Source: Eledone cirrhosa (taxonomy: Eukaryota). Taken from it: DNA of 64,000 nt. The stretch covers positions 164,982,001 through 165,046,000 of the forward strand of contig OZ024743.1 of NCBI GenBank assembly GCA_964016885.1, written 5' to 3'. Shown here in pieces: positions 1-12,519 of this stretch. A program made the translations under genes and the position numbers. Numbering within the stretch: the first letter of the stretch is position 1; each line of letters begins with the position of its first letter. Under the pieces are notes generated by a model, which had not been told where the DNA came from, searched no databases, and worked only from the letters and a program-made list of their open reading frames with translations.

Positions 1-2395
1 GTCATCAAAAAGGTGGAATAGTCGAAGTGGGCGGCACCCACGGTATGTATTAAAAAAAAAAAAGATGAGGATGTGTACCAATTTCTCTACAGGATTGAAT
101 GACTGCTTAAAAACTTTTCCACCATTTAACTTTTTTCAAAGTTAAATGGTGGAAAAGTTTTTTCCAAAATAGATCTGTCGGAAGCCTATTTACAGGTAGA
201 TGAAAAATACTCGAAGTATTTGACAATAAATACACAAAGGATTATTCAGATACACACGACTACCTTTTGGATTCAAAGTGGCACCAGCAATATTCCAGCA
301 AATCATGGATACTATGTTATCCGATTGTAAATTTGCAATCCCGTACTTGGACGATATTTTGATCAAGAGTAGTGGAACACATAAAAGCTGTGTTTAAGAA
401 AATTAAAGTTTTCGGGTTCACTTTGAGTGAAGAAAAATGCGAGTTCTTTTCGCCCCAAATTGAGTACTTAGGGCAAATAATTGATAAAAGTGGTAGACAT
501 CCTGACCCGCCGAGAGAAGACGGAATAAGGAACATGCCTGCGCCGACAAATAATCCAGCCTTACAAGCATTTCTTGGGTTGGCAAACTATTATCAAAGCT
601 ACATTCCTAATATGTACAAGTTAAAAACTCCATTGAACGATTTATTAAAAAAAAGGAGTAAAGTGGAATTGGTCCACTAAATGCCAGAACACTTTTGAAG
701 AAATAAAAACAATTCTAATCTCAGACCTGTCGTTAGCACATTATGATCCCAAAAGGAACATCATTGTAGCGTCTGATGCTTCCGAACACGTATTAAGAGC
801 AGTTCTACTTCATAAATACTAAGACAGAAGTACAAAACCAGCGACCGAGAAGATATATGGTCAAATTGAAAAAGAGGCCCTAACAATTATTTTTGCAGTT
901 AACAAATTTCACAGGTTTCTGCATCGTAGAAGTTTTTTTATTGCAAACAGACCATAGACCTTTGCTGTCGATATATGGGTCTAAAAAAAGTTTACCGACT
1001 CATACTGTGAACCGCCTGCAACGTTGGGGTGTAATATTACTAAATTATAATTTCAAAATGAAATACATTCCATCGAAAAAAATCGGTCATGCAGACTGAT
1101 TTCGAGATTAATTCCAAAAAATATGGAACCACTAGAAGAGACTTATAGCCACACTGTAGCCAGAATGTGAAATTAAAAGTGTTATGACGAACGTTATCCA
1201 AGAACTACCAGTGACTGCACAGGATATAAGAATGAAAGCTGTGGGTAATGAGTATATTACGAAAATGAAAGAAACTTTAAAAAATAAACAGAATAAAAAT
1301 TCAGATGCTAGTAGTTTTTCAATTTGCGACGATATTCTTATGTATGCCCAAAGTGGTGGTTCCAACTACATTACAAAAAGGTGTATTGCAACAATTTCAC
1401 AGCGGACATCCAGGAACGGTAAGGATGAAAGTACTTAGGAAGAGTTACGTCAATTGGCCATCTATGGACCGAGATATTGAAAACTTGGTGAGAACGTGCC
1501 GAAGTTGCACGCTCGCGGCAAAAGCCGCGCCGATAAAATATCAATCGTGGCCAGAGGTAGAGAACCCATGGTCTAGGGTACACATTGACTATGCCGGACC
1601 GGTAAACGGTGCTTACTACATAATCGTAGTAGATAGCTGTATTAAGTGGCTAGAGGTTTGCAGTTGCTATAGACTAACCTCTAAGACAACTATAAAATTC
1701 TTATATGAATTGTTTGCGCGATACGTGGTCCCTGACATGCTAGTTTCAGACAACGGAACGCAGTTCACTGGGCAAGAATTCTAGAACTTCTATAAAAGGC
1801 ATGCGATAAAGCATATTTTCACTCCCCCTACCACCCGAGGTCAAACGGGCATGTAGAAAGATTTGTGGACACCTTTAAGAGAGCGTTAAGAAAAGCGAGA
1901 AATGAATTAAATAACTACGAAGCACTGACAAATTTCTTAATATACAGAGTGACCCCAGATTCAAATACAAATTAAAGGAAGTCTCCTGCAGAATTCATGT
2001 TCGCAAGAAGAATAAAATCCATTTTTGATAAGCTATTACCAGAGAAAAAAAGACATAAAGGAAATACGAAAGAGCCAACGAAATACGTCAGGATAGGTGA
2101 TAAAGAGTATTTCAAAACCTATAGAAACGGTAAAGAAGGCTGGGAAGATGGCCTGGTTACCAGAAAAACTGGAAGTATGATGTATCAAATTAAAGGGTCA
2201 CATGGTGGACATAAGAGACATATAAACCAGATAAAGAAGAGGCATACCCAAGATCAGGAAGAAATTCCAATGGAAGTATTCTGTCAAATATTCGATGTAC
2301 CGGTACCAAAAGTAATAGAGTCTCGTAGAACCAGCATGAAAAAAAGAAAGCACACCGAACACCTTCAGATAATGCCCAAGCGCAAGAGGTACTAA
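1..2395 (+). mobile_element. Decayed Ty3/Gypsy LTR retrotransposon pol (RT, RNase H, integrase), 5' truncated by the window edge
   Basis: Frameshifted fragments: FSKIDLSEAYLQ, YLDDIL, LQAFLGLANYY, SDAS, TDHRPL, HSGHPG..CRSC zinc finger, PWSRVHIDYAGP, VSDNGTQF; many stops. Confidence 0.93.
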
Positions 2396-2449
2396 AAAAA
2401 AGGTATAGATAAAAAAAATGTTCTTTATTCCTGTGGAACACGAAACCTC

Positions 2450-2722
2450 AAAAGGGGAAATGTGCAAGTGTACGGCGCCCCCTTGGCGAGAATGGACTGG
2501 ACCACTACATGAGTAAGTGGGCAAGTTGGTACTAGTTCCACAGTTCGTGTGTTGATAGTCAAAGTTGGAGTTTCGAGTTAGCGTGTTGGATTGTTGGTTC
2601 TTAAAAGATTGTTGTTCTGTTATATGTGATTGTTTGTTTCGATTATATTGTTATTACACTATTGCAGTGTATTCGATTATCCATAAGGACATAAAAGTGA
2701 GCTTAGTTGATAAATAGTAACA
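2450..2722 (+). mobile_element. Polypurine tract and putative 3' LTR of the Gypsy element
   Basis: AAAAGGGGAAA (2450-2460) immediately followed by TGTG... at 2461; candidate ...TAACA end at 2722. The right end is inferred because the 5' LTR is not in the window. Confidence 0.65.
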
Positions 2723-3289
2723 TATTCTCTTCATATACAATATGAAATGCCACGAGCATATATGAGCTGAACACCATCAGATAATGTCTAGAGAAAAATG
2801 ACAAGATGGCCATACTCAGAGTTCAAATCCCATTTTCGTCAACTTTTCCTTTCATCCTTTCAGGGTTGATCAATAGAGCACCAGCCCAAGGGTGTTGGGT
2901 TGGCAGAATTGTTAAAGAAGGGATGAGATTTTTGTGTGGTATGATTTCATTGTTTTGAGTTCAAATACTATCTCCTTCTGCTTAGAGTTGCAGATATTAT
3001 GAGCAATAAAAGGTCTAAAGCAAACATTATTTCCAGGGCAATCTGCAACTTACCTTTCTAGCACTAGAACTAGACATAGTGAATGGGTTTTCAACCATCT
3101 CTATATGTACAAGTTCTAAGATTCTGCTGTGGGTCCCTATAAATAACAGAAATTTCAATCCATAGCAGTATATCATTTCCTTTTCCACATGGCACACACA
3201 CACACACACACATATATATATACACACACAGATAAATGTAATCTGAGTTTTTCGAATATTAATAATAATATTCGATTCATTTGCAATTA

Positions 3290-3750
3290 TGCAAACAGCC
3301 TCTTTAAAGCCATGTCAGTAAAATAACTCCGTCATTCTTGCTCTTGTGTTGGCATATAAACAGAACGGTAGACACTAATGTTTCTGGGTGATTACCCTTC
3401 ATCAGTACAGTATACTGATTACCTGTCAATTGTCATTATTCTCACTGATAGGTGTACCTATCAAAAGAAGTCGCAACTCTATCTGGAGTACCTCTTTGAT
3501 CTCCGAGCTACACACTTTATCGAGTAACATTACTTCAAAGACCCTTCGGAAGTATCCCATTTCGGCCGCTTGTATTCGTGATCATATTCTTTCGGTCATT
3601 ACCCAAGAGTCATGACCATAGGTAAGGGTTTGCACGAAAACTGAATTGAAGTTAGCGAGTTTGGCTTTTACGCCAACCGCTCTTCTTCTGATTACTGAAT
3701 ACTGTAGCTGGCGCATTACTGCACCAGCTTTTGCAATTCTTGCACTTCAT
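3290..3750 (-). mobile_element. RTE-type LINE 3' fragment
   Basis: Minus strand reads LTYGHDSWVM...RIQAAEMGYFRRV..., similar to the + strand RTE ends at 27800-28200 and 62700-63000. Confidence 0.6.
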
Positions 3751-3859
3751 TCAGCCTCCTGCCTTCCACTAACATGAGTAATATTTCGAATGTCAGCACT
3801 CTGAACCAGCCAGGGGCCATCAATAGGAATATCTCAAATCATCCCAAAACTTTTACTTC

Positions 3860-4307
3860 TTTCTCTAACCTGGACTGTAACTGTAGAGTTCCTACTAACT
3901 GTCCCCTCAACAGATTCTGCCTAACAAATAATATAGTATATAAATGTACTGTAAGAACACAACACTCTACTAGTTTATATATTGGAGCCACAACGAATCC
4001 ATTTAAAAACCAATATAATTCCCACTTTCACTCATTTAAAAACAATAAGCTTAAGTATACTACCTCCTTAGCAAGGTATATTACTAGTCTAATTGAGTCT
4101 AAAACTAGCTATAAACTCCAATTGGAAATATTGGACAAATCTATTACTTATAACGGCAATAAGGGGTTTTGTCGGTTATGTCTCTCAGAAGCATATTTTA
4201 TCACAATGTAGACCCCAAATCCTTTGAATAGAAGAAATGAATTAGTAATTAATTGTCCTCATCGCCTTTCTTATTCATTCTTTAATAAGGTATATGATCC
4301 CACCTAG
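3860..4307 (+). mobile_element. Penelope-like element C-terminal GIY-YIG endonuclease fragment (Naiad-like signature)
   Basis: CNCRVPTNCPLN..CL..NIVYKCTV....YIGATT..FK..YNSH..SF, CRLCLSE, then after one TAG (4209-4211) LNRRNELVINCPHR; frame closes at 4307. Confidence 0.8.
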
Positions 4308-5324
4308 TAGTTCCTCTGGTTCCCCTTTTTTTAATAAATATATTGACGTGTGTATATAACTAAGAATGCATATATGTATCTATGGATCTGTGTATATCTA
4401 TATATAAGGGAATGTATGTAAGTGAGGATTCTCTATATCAACAGATTTGGCTGCATGCTGCAATTCTAAGAATATTTATGTATATCTGCTCTGTGTTTAT
4501 GTCTGCCTTTCCAACTCTTTCTCCATAAGAAATCTACCTTTTCTTCAAACCTATATGATATATAAACACATTGAACTAATTCTGAAAACAGGTGGTAGTT
4601 GTATACTATCATGTATAATTGTATACTATCCTATATATGGGGGTATATATTTATATAGTATCATGTATAGGTGTGCATGTATATATGATGATATCTCTAT
4701 TCAGGTATATAACTGTCTGTTTATATTTGTATATGTATAAGTGTCTTTGAGGATGAGTGTGTTTGTTTCGGGAGATGCACTTCCATATTTAATTCTAAAA
4801 CTCTTGATGTCAAAGTGTATTTTTGTATAGATATCTAAGTGGGTGTATCTATATTTGTATATATTTATGTGTGAGAATATACAATTCTAGATATGTGTAT
4901 GTAAAGGCATGTATGTATATATGTATGCGTGTATGTGTATATATGTATATGAAACTGGGCATAAGAAGAATCAAATGATGTATGCAGGAGAGATGACTGC
5001 GGTGGTATGGTGTGTATGTATATGTGCAGCTGCAAGTATATAGGAACACAAGTGTGTGTGTATTTATATGTACATATAGATATGTGTATGGAGAAGTGCC
5101 AAAATATACCTAGATATGTTTTGTGTATGTATAGCTATTGATCACCAAATTTTTACCAAACATTATCCAAATAATTAGATGTAGAACTCTCTTAAAACAA
5201 GAGTAAAGAATAAAAAAAATATGTGTATGTGTGTGTGTAAAACATTATCTCAAAACTTCCCATACGAGCATGGAAAAGTTGATGTAAAAATGATGATCAA
5301 ATAATGTTGATGATGATATACATA

Positions 5325-5645
5325 TATCATCATCATTGTTTAATGTCCATTTTTCCATGCTTGCATGGGTTAGACAGGTTGTCCACGCTAAGAGGCAAGT
5401 CTGCCAGAGTTTGCCATGCCGCACCTTTCTCCGGTGAGGACTGTAAATTTTGCCAGTTATTTTACAGCTGGATGTCCTTCCTAACACCAACCACATTATA
5501 GTGTGGAACTGGATGGCTCTGTTATAAGGAGGGACAGGCCAGTTGGCCACGCCAAACCTGTCTCACAGCAGAACCATTGTTTTGGAGCTTGACCCATTTC
5601 ATAGCGTAGCCACAGTTTTGGGGCCTGGTACTGTAGCCAGTTATG
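5325..5645 (-). mobile_element. SINE-like element with AGGAAGG(G/A)CATCCAGC domain and RTE-like (GAT)n tail
   Basis: Minus strand GGTTGGTGTTAGGAAGGACATCCAGCTGTAAAA and tail ACCCATGCAAGCATGGAAAAATGGACATTAAAC-(GAT)n. Related copies near 29290-29570, 31375-31880, 32195-32450, 48790-49050, 49458-49840, 59712-59915, 63290-63460. The domain resembles the MetaSINE core (from memory). Confidence 0.6.
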
Positions 5646-6260
5646 CCTTAGGTGTAGAGTCTGTCATCCTCTTCTCTTCCCCCTTTCTTTCTTCTGCTGA
5701 CTAATAGTCCTTGTTCATTCCTTCTCGTTTATAGCATTTATATTCCTTTCCTTTACTTTCCTCTACAGCCAGATCTGCTCTTCCCTTTTTTTTCCCTCTT
5801 TTTTTTTATTTCATAATTTTGTTTTTATCCTTTTTTAATATTTTCATCATTGTGTAACTTTTGTTCAATAAATTCCCTTCTAGGAATGATTTAAAAAAAA
5901 TAGTAATTGAGATATTTATTAGGATTTTTAATGTTTGTTTTATTGCTTCTATTGAAAATTACAGAAAATAGCCTTTCTTATTTTCTTCATCAATAGTCAA
6001 CATCCTCAGCAGCAACAACATAAGTTTCCAGTTAAGTAAATATACGGACACATAAAATGTTAAACAATATAGAGGTAGAGAACACTTATCTGGTCTCCAG
6101 AAAAATCATAAAACTGGTATTTTTTAAACTGTTAAATATAATTGTCATTTACTTTTCTTCAGTTAATTTTCATGTAATATATGATACATTGTAAAGGTAA
6201 TCTATAAAGGTATTTTAAGAATTTTAAATGGATTAATGAAGATCAACTAGATTCTATCAA

Positions 6261-6500
6261 TTAACCCTTTGGATACCAACCTGCTCAAAATCAGGTCTGG
6301 TTCTATGAAACAAAACCACCCATTTTAAAGGGTTCCTATATAAATGAAATTCTTCCAACATAATCTTATGTAAGAACCACATGTTAAACTACTATCTTCA
6401 TAATAAAATAATAAATAATTTTAGTAAATCCCTCAAAATTCTTTATTAATTAATTGAAATAGAGTGTATTTCATTAGAAATATGGTATTAAAAGCATTAA
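6261..6500. mobile_element. TTAA-flanked piggyBac-like MITE (family A)
   Basis: Begins TTAACCCTTT..., ends ...AAAGCATTAA; related copies in the opposite orientation at ~7085-7520, 15477-15797, 18926-19570 (interrupted), and pieces at 48360-49209 ending AAGGGTTAA. Confidence 0.6.
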
Positions 6501-7723
6501 GTACAATTTCATTCTTTACTTTTCTTTATTTAATTTATATTTTATTTATATATTTAGACTATCTTAAAATATGGCAAATCTGGACCACTTCCAGTCCCAA
6601 ATTTGCCAGATAAATGATTCGGCAATATATTAAGTTCAGGAACAAATGTAGATAATAATGATTTCTAATTTAGGCACAAGGCTAGCAATCTGCAGTGGTA
6701 TAATTCAATTAAATTGACCCCTCATTTCTTGAATGGTATTTTAATTTATTTACCTGGAAGAATGAAAGGCAAAGTTACCCTCAGTGGGATGCAAATTCAG
6801 AAAGTAAAGAGAAGGAATAAATGTTGCAAAGCATTTTGTCCAACTCACTAACTGTTCTGTGCATTCACCACCCTACAAATGTAGAAAATCATAAAATAAA
6901 TTTAAATCAGTCTGAGAAAAAAAAAGTAAGACTATTTTTTCAGTCTGTTTTCATTGAAAAAATAAAGCTTCTTGTTGGGATTTTTTTCATTTTTGTTTCC
7001 TAGAAAATAAAATGAAAGATATTTTAGACATTTCAAACAGGCAATAAAAATCTAATTTTAAAGTGAGTTTTTTTTTTTTTCATTTTAACCCTTTGTTACC
7101 ATATTCTTAATGCAATACTCTGTCTATGATTTTCAAATAATTTTGAAAATAATTGTTTCTACATTAGGCACAAGGCCAGCAATTACCCAGTGTATTACTG
7201 GTACTTTATTTTATCGACCCCCGTAAGGATGAAAGGGGGGGGTCCAAAATTAGGATTTAGTAATATAACTAACTTTCTCAAGCTAGTGTTTGGAACATGA
7301 CTTAGAAGTTCTTACATAAAATTATGATGAAAGAATTTTAGATAAAGATAAAAATGGGTTGAACCCATTTGAAATATTTCTAACAACTCTGCCTATGATT
7401 TTTAATTAATTTTGGAAATAACCCCAAATTTTCATTATTTAAGCTGATGTTTTTTGGAACATGACTAACAAAAGGTCTTAAATAAAATTATGATATGTTT
7501 TTAAATAACTATAAACATTTTAAAACAAACACACCATACCCAACAAGCATACCACACCCTTTGCCCTCACCACACAACATCACCCCCACACCAAATCAAC
7601 CCACCACACCTCATTGCACACATCACCATGTCCCAAAATACCAAAATTTACTTACCTTATCAATCAATAGTTTGGATATTGTGAAATCATAGTTTGTTTT
7701 TCTGTTTCCAACCTCATGAATAG

Positions 7724-7840
7724 TTAAGATTTTTCTTTTAGTTTCACCATTAATGTGGAATTTTCTTTTTTCATTTGTTGGTAATCATTTGTAATCTTCT
7801 CCATGTTGGTTTTAACAGACTTTTGGCATTCATTTTCAAT
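7724..7840 (-). CDS. CCDC22: CCDC22 last coding exon: IENECQKSVKTNMEKITNDYQQMKKENSTLMVKLKEKS*
   Basis: Acceptor TTTATTTCAG|, TAA stop at 7724-7726; fits the CCDC22 C-terminus (IETE..K...NLEKI..DY.....EN..L). Confidence 0.9.
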   Translation of the reverse strand: MENECQKSVKTNMEKITNDYQQMKKENSTLMVKLKEKS

Positions 7841-7905
7841 CTGAAATAAAAGGTTCAACATTATCCCATTGAACAAAGGGAAGAGTACAATAAGCATTTT
7901 AAATC

Positions 7906-8112
7906 TTAACATCATGTACATCATGAAACCACATTAGCAACATATTCTAGGAAAGTAAAAAACAGGTCAATGACTGCATGACATTAATAATTAAGGGCTT
8001 GAGTATAATACTGCAAAGTTTTACAACAATCTGTGCACTAGTAACGATGCTATAAACATTTGAATTAACAGAAGAGTTTTTGAATATCTTCCGCTAAATC
8101 ATTACAGGGTTA
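7906..8112. mobile_element. TTAA-flanked ~205-bp MITE (family B)
   Basis: TTAACATC(A/C)TGTA...TACAGG termini; related copies at 15024-15212 and, inverted, at 18243-18448. Confidence 0.6.
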
Positions 8113-8189
8113 GCTATGGTGATTAAATCATTAAATGTTAAACCATTGTAGGGTTAGCCATGAAAGGTTTCATAATCATCATTGGATTA

Positions 8190-8545
8190 TTTTTGAGGCA
8201 ATGTCTTACAGCCAGATACTTTTCCTTTCCCACCTTCCATGGGCCCAATGCCCAATTGCTCCAAGTCCGGGACCCCTTCTGCTGCACCTTCTGCAGTCTT
8301 GTCTACAGACTCCATTGCACACTTTGTGGAGCTGCCTACTTCAAACAGACAGGGCTGTGATTGGCAGACCAGTTCGCAGTCGGTCACCCAACACTTTCAC
8401 TCAGCAGACACTTCCCTCACAACCTAACTCTCTGCAGTTTTATTGTGTGCTCCGGAGCCCTGGACACACACCCTAGACATGAGCAGTGCACAATTTTTTT
8501 TCTTCAGACTTGGACCAGTAACAGTCTAAATTCCCCACCCTATTC
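8190..8545 (+). mobile_element. Decayed Penelope-like GIY-YIG endonuclease (Neptune-like)
   Basis: FCCTFCSLVYRLHCTLCGAAYFKQTG..LADQF...RHF...HEQCTIFFLQTW..NSLN, a degraded form of FTC.S.N.IY.I.C..C...YIGET...GLN; followed by a C/A-rich tail. Confidence 0.65.
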
Positions 8546-9084
8546 CTTTAGCTCTCCACACATACACACCTCACCACCACCCACCAACATCCATCCACAT
8601 ACCTACACCAGTTACTCCCTTACCACAAACCCCCCTGCCTTTACCCAACTAATCTACTAATAGACCACCACCACCCATCAATAACACTACTAACTCCTTT
8701 CTACCTCCCCACTCCACACACATACCCAACACCACTAACAACCCACAACACCGACATCACCACACACTCTCACAAAATGTAAATACATACATAGAAATAT
8801 GAGAAAAAAGTCAGACACACACACGCACATACTAACAGTTTACCTGTTACACCCATATGACTCTCTGTTTACCCCATCTACAGAATTAACTGACCCACCA
8901 CTCCCACTAACACCACTAACCCCTCCCCACCCATCTACCTTCCTCCCTATCACTATGCAGACACACCCTGTGCTCCCCTCCATCACCACCCTGCCTTGTG
9001 CCTACTACTACACACACATAACACACTCCCTCCCAACTTACTTCTGTTCTGTGTGTGTCACCACCTCTCCTCCCCCACTTTCAC

Positions 9085-9540
9085 TCTGACCAAACTTCTT
9101 CGAGCTTTGCACTAACGGCTTTGCAGTGTGTGATGAGGCGGCAGCTAGCATTGAGGGCGGGATCTAGCTTCTGGACATGGACAGCTCGCTCCCATACTGG
9201 GCATGCATACTCAGCAGCTGAGTAGCAGAGAGATAGTGCAGTTGATTTCAGAGTCTGTGGGTTTGCACCCCAGGTTGTGCCAGTGAGCTTGCATATGATG
9301 TTGTTCCTCACATTCACTTTACACTTGGTCTTCTCAATGTGGATCTTAGAAGAGAGAGACCTGTCCCGGGTTACACCTAGATAGACTGGGTGCTCGCAGT
9401 GTTCAAGGGAGTTCCTGACCAGTTAACCTTCAGTTGGCGCTTGGCTTCATGGTTTCGCAGGTGGAAGGCATACACCTGTGTCTTGGATGGATTTGCATGC
9501 AGGTGGTTCTCCTCATAATAAGGTGTTAGCACTTCCAGAC
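9085..9540 (-). mobile_element. Ingi/Vingi-like LINE RT C-terminal fragment
   Basis: RNNIICKLTGTTWGANPQTLKSTALSLCYSAAEYACPVW, preceded by PVYLGVTRDRSL. Confidence 0.65.
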
Positions 9541-10286
9541 CATTGACTAAATACAACCACAGTGCTCACATTGATACACACATATACACGGAAGCATCTG
9601 ACACACTTGGAAATGCACACATGCCAAAACACACTCACATACATAAAAATAATAGAAAAAAAGTCACACATACACATACACAAAAGCTTCCCTCTACAGA
9701 TAATATAAAGCGTCCAACACATGCGTGAACACATATACACACACATGAAAATACACACACGTGAAAATACACACACACACATAAATGCACACACTCACAT
9801 ACATAGAAACAATTTTAAAAAAGCCACCTACACATACTCTCATGTAGATTCACTCACACACACTCATTCGACACACACACAATTGTACACACTCAGTTAC
9901 ATAGAAACAACAGAAATAAGCATCCCCCCCCCCCCCACACACACACACTCACACGTGTACACAAAAAAACTACAAATTCACTGATATACACACACATACC
10001 AGTGTGCACACACCAACTACATAAGACTCTGACACCAACATGTCTACCCCACCCCCCAACACACACACACACAGACTTAAGCCAGCCACATCTACCAATT
10101 TCTTAGGCACATACACACAACCACACCCATGACACCTCTGTACTCTCGACTTTGCCCCCCTCCCCAGGCCGGACCTTTCATTTACCTCCCCTACCTATCT
10201 TTCTCCTCCAAACCCCTTTTTCCTAACTTCTTTTCCTAGCCCTCACACAGTACTCATACATCTACGTGTTCTCTCCTTAACCATAC

Positions 10287-10322
10287 TTTCCTGATGAAGG
10301 ACTTCTGTTCAAAACGTTGAAA
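10287..10322 (+). ncRNA. Degenerate minimal hammerhead ribozyme at a Penelope-like 3' end
   Basis: TTTC-CTGATGA-AGGAC-TTCT-GTTC-AAAA-CG-TT-GAAA: stem I TTTC/GAAA, palindromic AACGTT, but GAAA mutated to AAAA, so probably inactive. Confidence 0.65.
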
Positions 10323-10494
10323 CCTCCTCCACTTCCTCCAAGTGTGAACTTAATATAACTGTATTTTTGCATGCCTGTGTTTGTTTTGTTTTGTTTCATT
10401 TATATATATATATCCAGAGAATGTAATGCGAAGTTACTGTAGGTTCACCCAGGTGAGCACTCAATGTCAGTATCAAAGTGTAGAGCTAAACAGA

Positions 10495-12515
10495 AGTGCC
10501 TTTCATTTTGAGGGCAAAGCCTTTTGCAGCTAGCAGTGGCAGTAGCTCCCAGAACTTCTTCCATCCCATTCTTACCCTAGTTATTGTACTTTCTGAACAC
10601 CCACCTCCGCTGCTAATTCGGTCACCTAGGTAGAAGAAGCTGTCTACTGTTTCTACAGAGCCCTCCCAGAGATTGGTGGTACTTGTTTCCTGTGACTGTT
10701 TCCTGCTTGCTGTCCCAGCACAGCTGCTACATGTGAAGCCTACATCCTTAGTTAAGCTTCCTGAGATCCCTCTACATCTCTTGTGTACCCATTGTTTGCA
10801 TTTGGGGCAGAGAATGGAATTCCTACCTACACCTTCCTATATACTGAGCAAGGCCATTTCCCTGAGGGGATCTGGGTTCTGTTTTCTTGTCTACTTACAA
10901 GGACCTTAGTCTTTGTCAGGTTGACTTTGAGACCCTTTCTTTCTAGTCCCAAGTTTGGAATTTCTTCTCTAGTTCTACCATAGTGTGAGGTCATCTGCAT
11001 ACAGGAGTTCCCATGGGCATCTGGTCTTAAACTCCTCCGTTATTGCCTGCAGAACTATGATGAACAGGAGAGGGCTAAGAACAGAGCCCTGGTGGACATC
11101 GACCTGTATGCTAAATTCCTCGCTATAGTCATTGCTAATCCTAACTTTGCTGACTGTTCCTCTATACATGGCTCGTACAGCTTTCACAAGCCATTCATCT
11201 ACTAGTTATCTAAGAACTCACCAGATTATAGCACGGGGAACTCTGTCAAAGGCTTTCTCGAGATCGATGAATGCCAGGTAGAGCGGCTTACTTTTAGCTA
11301 GGTACTTTTCCTGTAACTGCCTCACAAGGAAGAGGGCATCAGTGATGCCTCTTCCTGGCACAAACCCAAATTACATCTCATCTAATTACACCCGGTCCCT
11401 AATCAACTGTGCTTTAACTCTTTCTGTTACTTTCATGACCTGGTCCATCAGCTTTATACCTCTATAGTTTCCTCTATCTAGTGCATCACCTTTACCCTTG
11501 TAGCAGTTGACAATGATGCTACTGCACCAATCCTTTGGTATGATACCTTCTAGTATTACCTGGTTAACAATACTTGTGGTTATAGTGTGACCGACTGACC
11601 CAGATGCAGTCAGCCTCTCGGCAGCTATACCCAATGGACCGGTCGCCTTCCCTGTCTTCATATCTTTGATTGCCTTACTTACTACGCTGCTGTTGACTTG
11701 TACTGCTGGCCCCTCTATAGGGTCTACTTGGGGTAGGGTCTCTTCTTCCCATGGATTCTCCTCATTTAGTAATCTTTCATAATGGCTCTTCCACGCATCT
11801 TTCTTCTCAACACTTGTGAGGGCAAGCTGACCTTTATCATTCCAGATACACTTCTCTCCAATGACATCACAATTCTCTCTGACACACCGCCTCGCAATCT
11901 TGAACACCTTGTTTCTTGTCCTCACGCTGCAAAACATGCTTGAATTTTCTATCCTCTGCTTCCCTCCTAGCTAAGTATACTTGCCGCCTAGCTTCCCTCC
12001 TGGTCTCTATGTAATGTACTCTACTACCCCTGTTCTTCCATTCTTTCCATGCCTGTCTCTTGGCCTTAACTACCTCATCTACTCTATTGTTCCATCACCA
12101 AGTCACTCTCCTCCTGCCTGTGGTCTTACTCCAGCCACAGATCTCATCCGTCGCCTTTAGTAAGTTATTTTTTAGGAACTCCCAGTGCTCTTCTACATTG
12201 AATGTCTCTATCTGTTCTTCTTTACTGTCATAGGCGTCAAGTAAAATATCTTTAAATCTGTTACTGGCTGGGGGGTCTTTCAGCTTCCAGATCTTTATTC
12301 TCCAGGTTGGCTTGTTTCCAGGTTCGTCTAGTACTGACCATGAGGTTGCTGACAACTAAGTTATGTTGGGAGGTTCATTTCTCACTAGGGAAGGCTTTTG
12401 TGTTTACCTCCATCCATCTGTCACGTCCTCTGATGAGGATGAAATCTATCTGACTAGAATGCTCCCCTGATCTATAGATGATCAGATGGTTGTCAGGTGT
12501 TTTGAAGATGTAGTA
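10495..12515 (-). mobile_element. RTE-clade LINE ORF fragment (RT)
   Basis: MKTGKATGP.GI, YKGKGDALDRGNYRGIKL, DLEKAFDRVPR, VHQGSVLSPLLF, LLYADDL; multiple stops. Confidence 0.9.
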
Positions 12516-12519
12516 GGAA

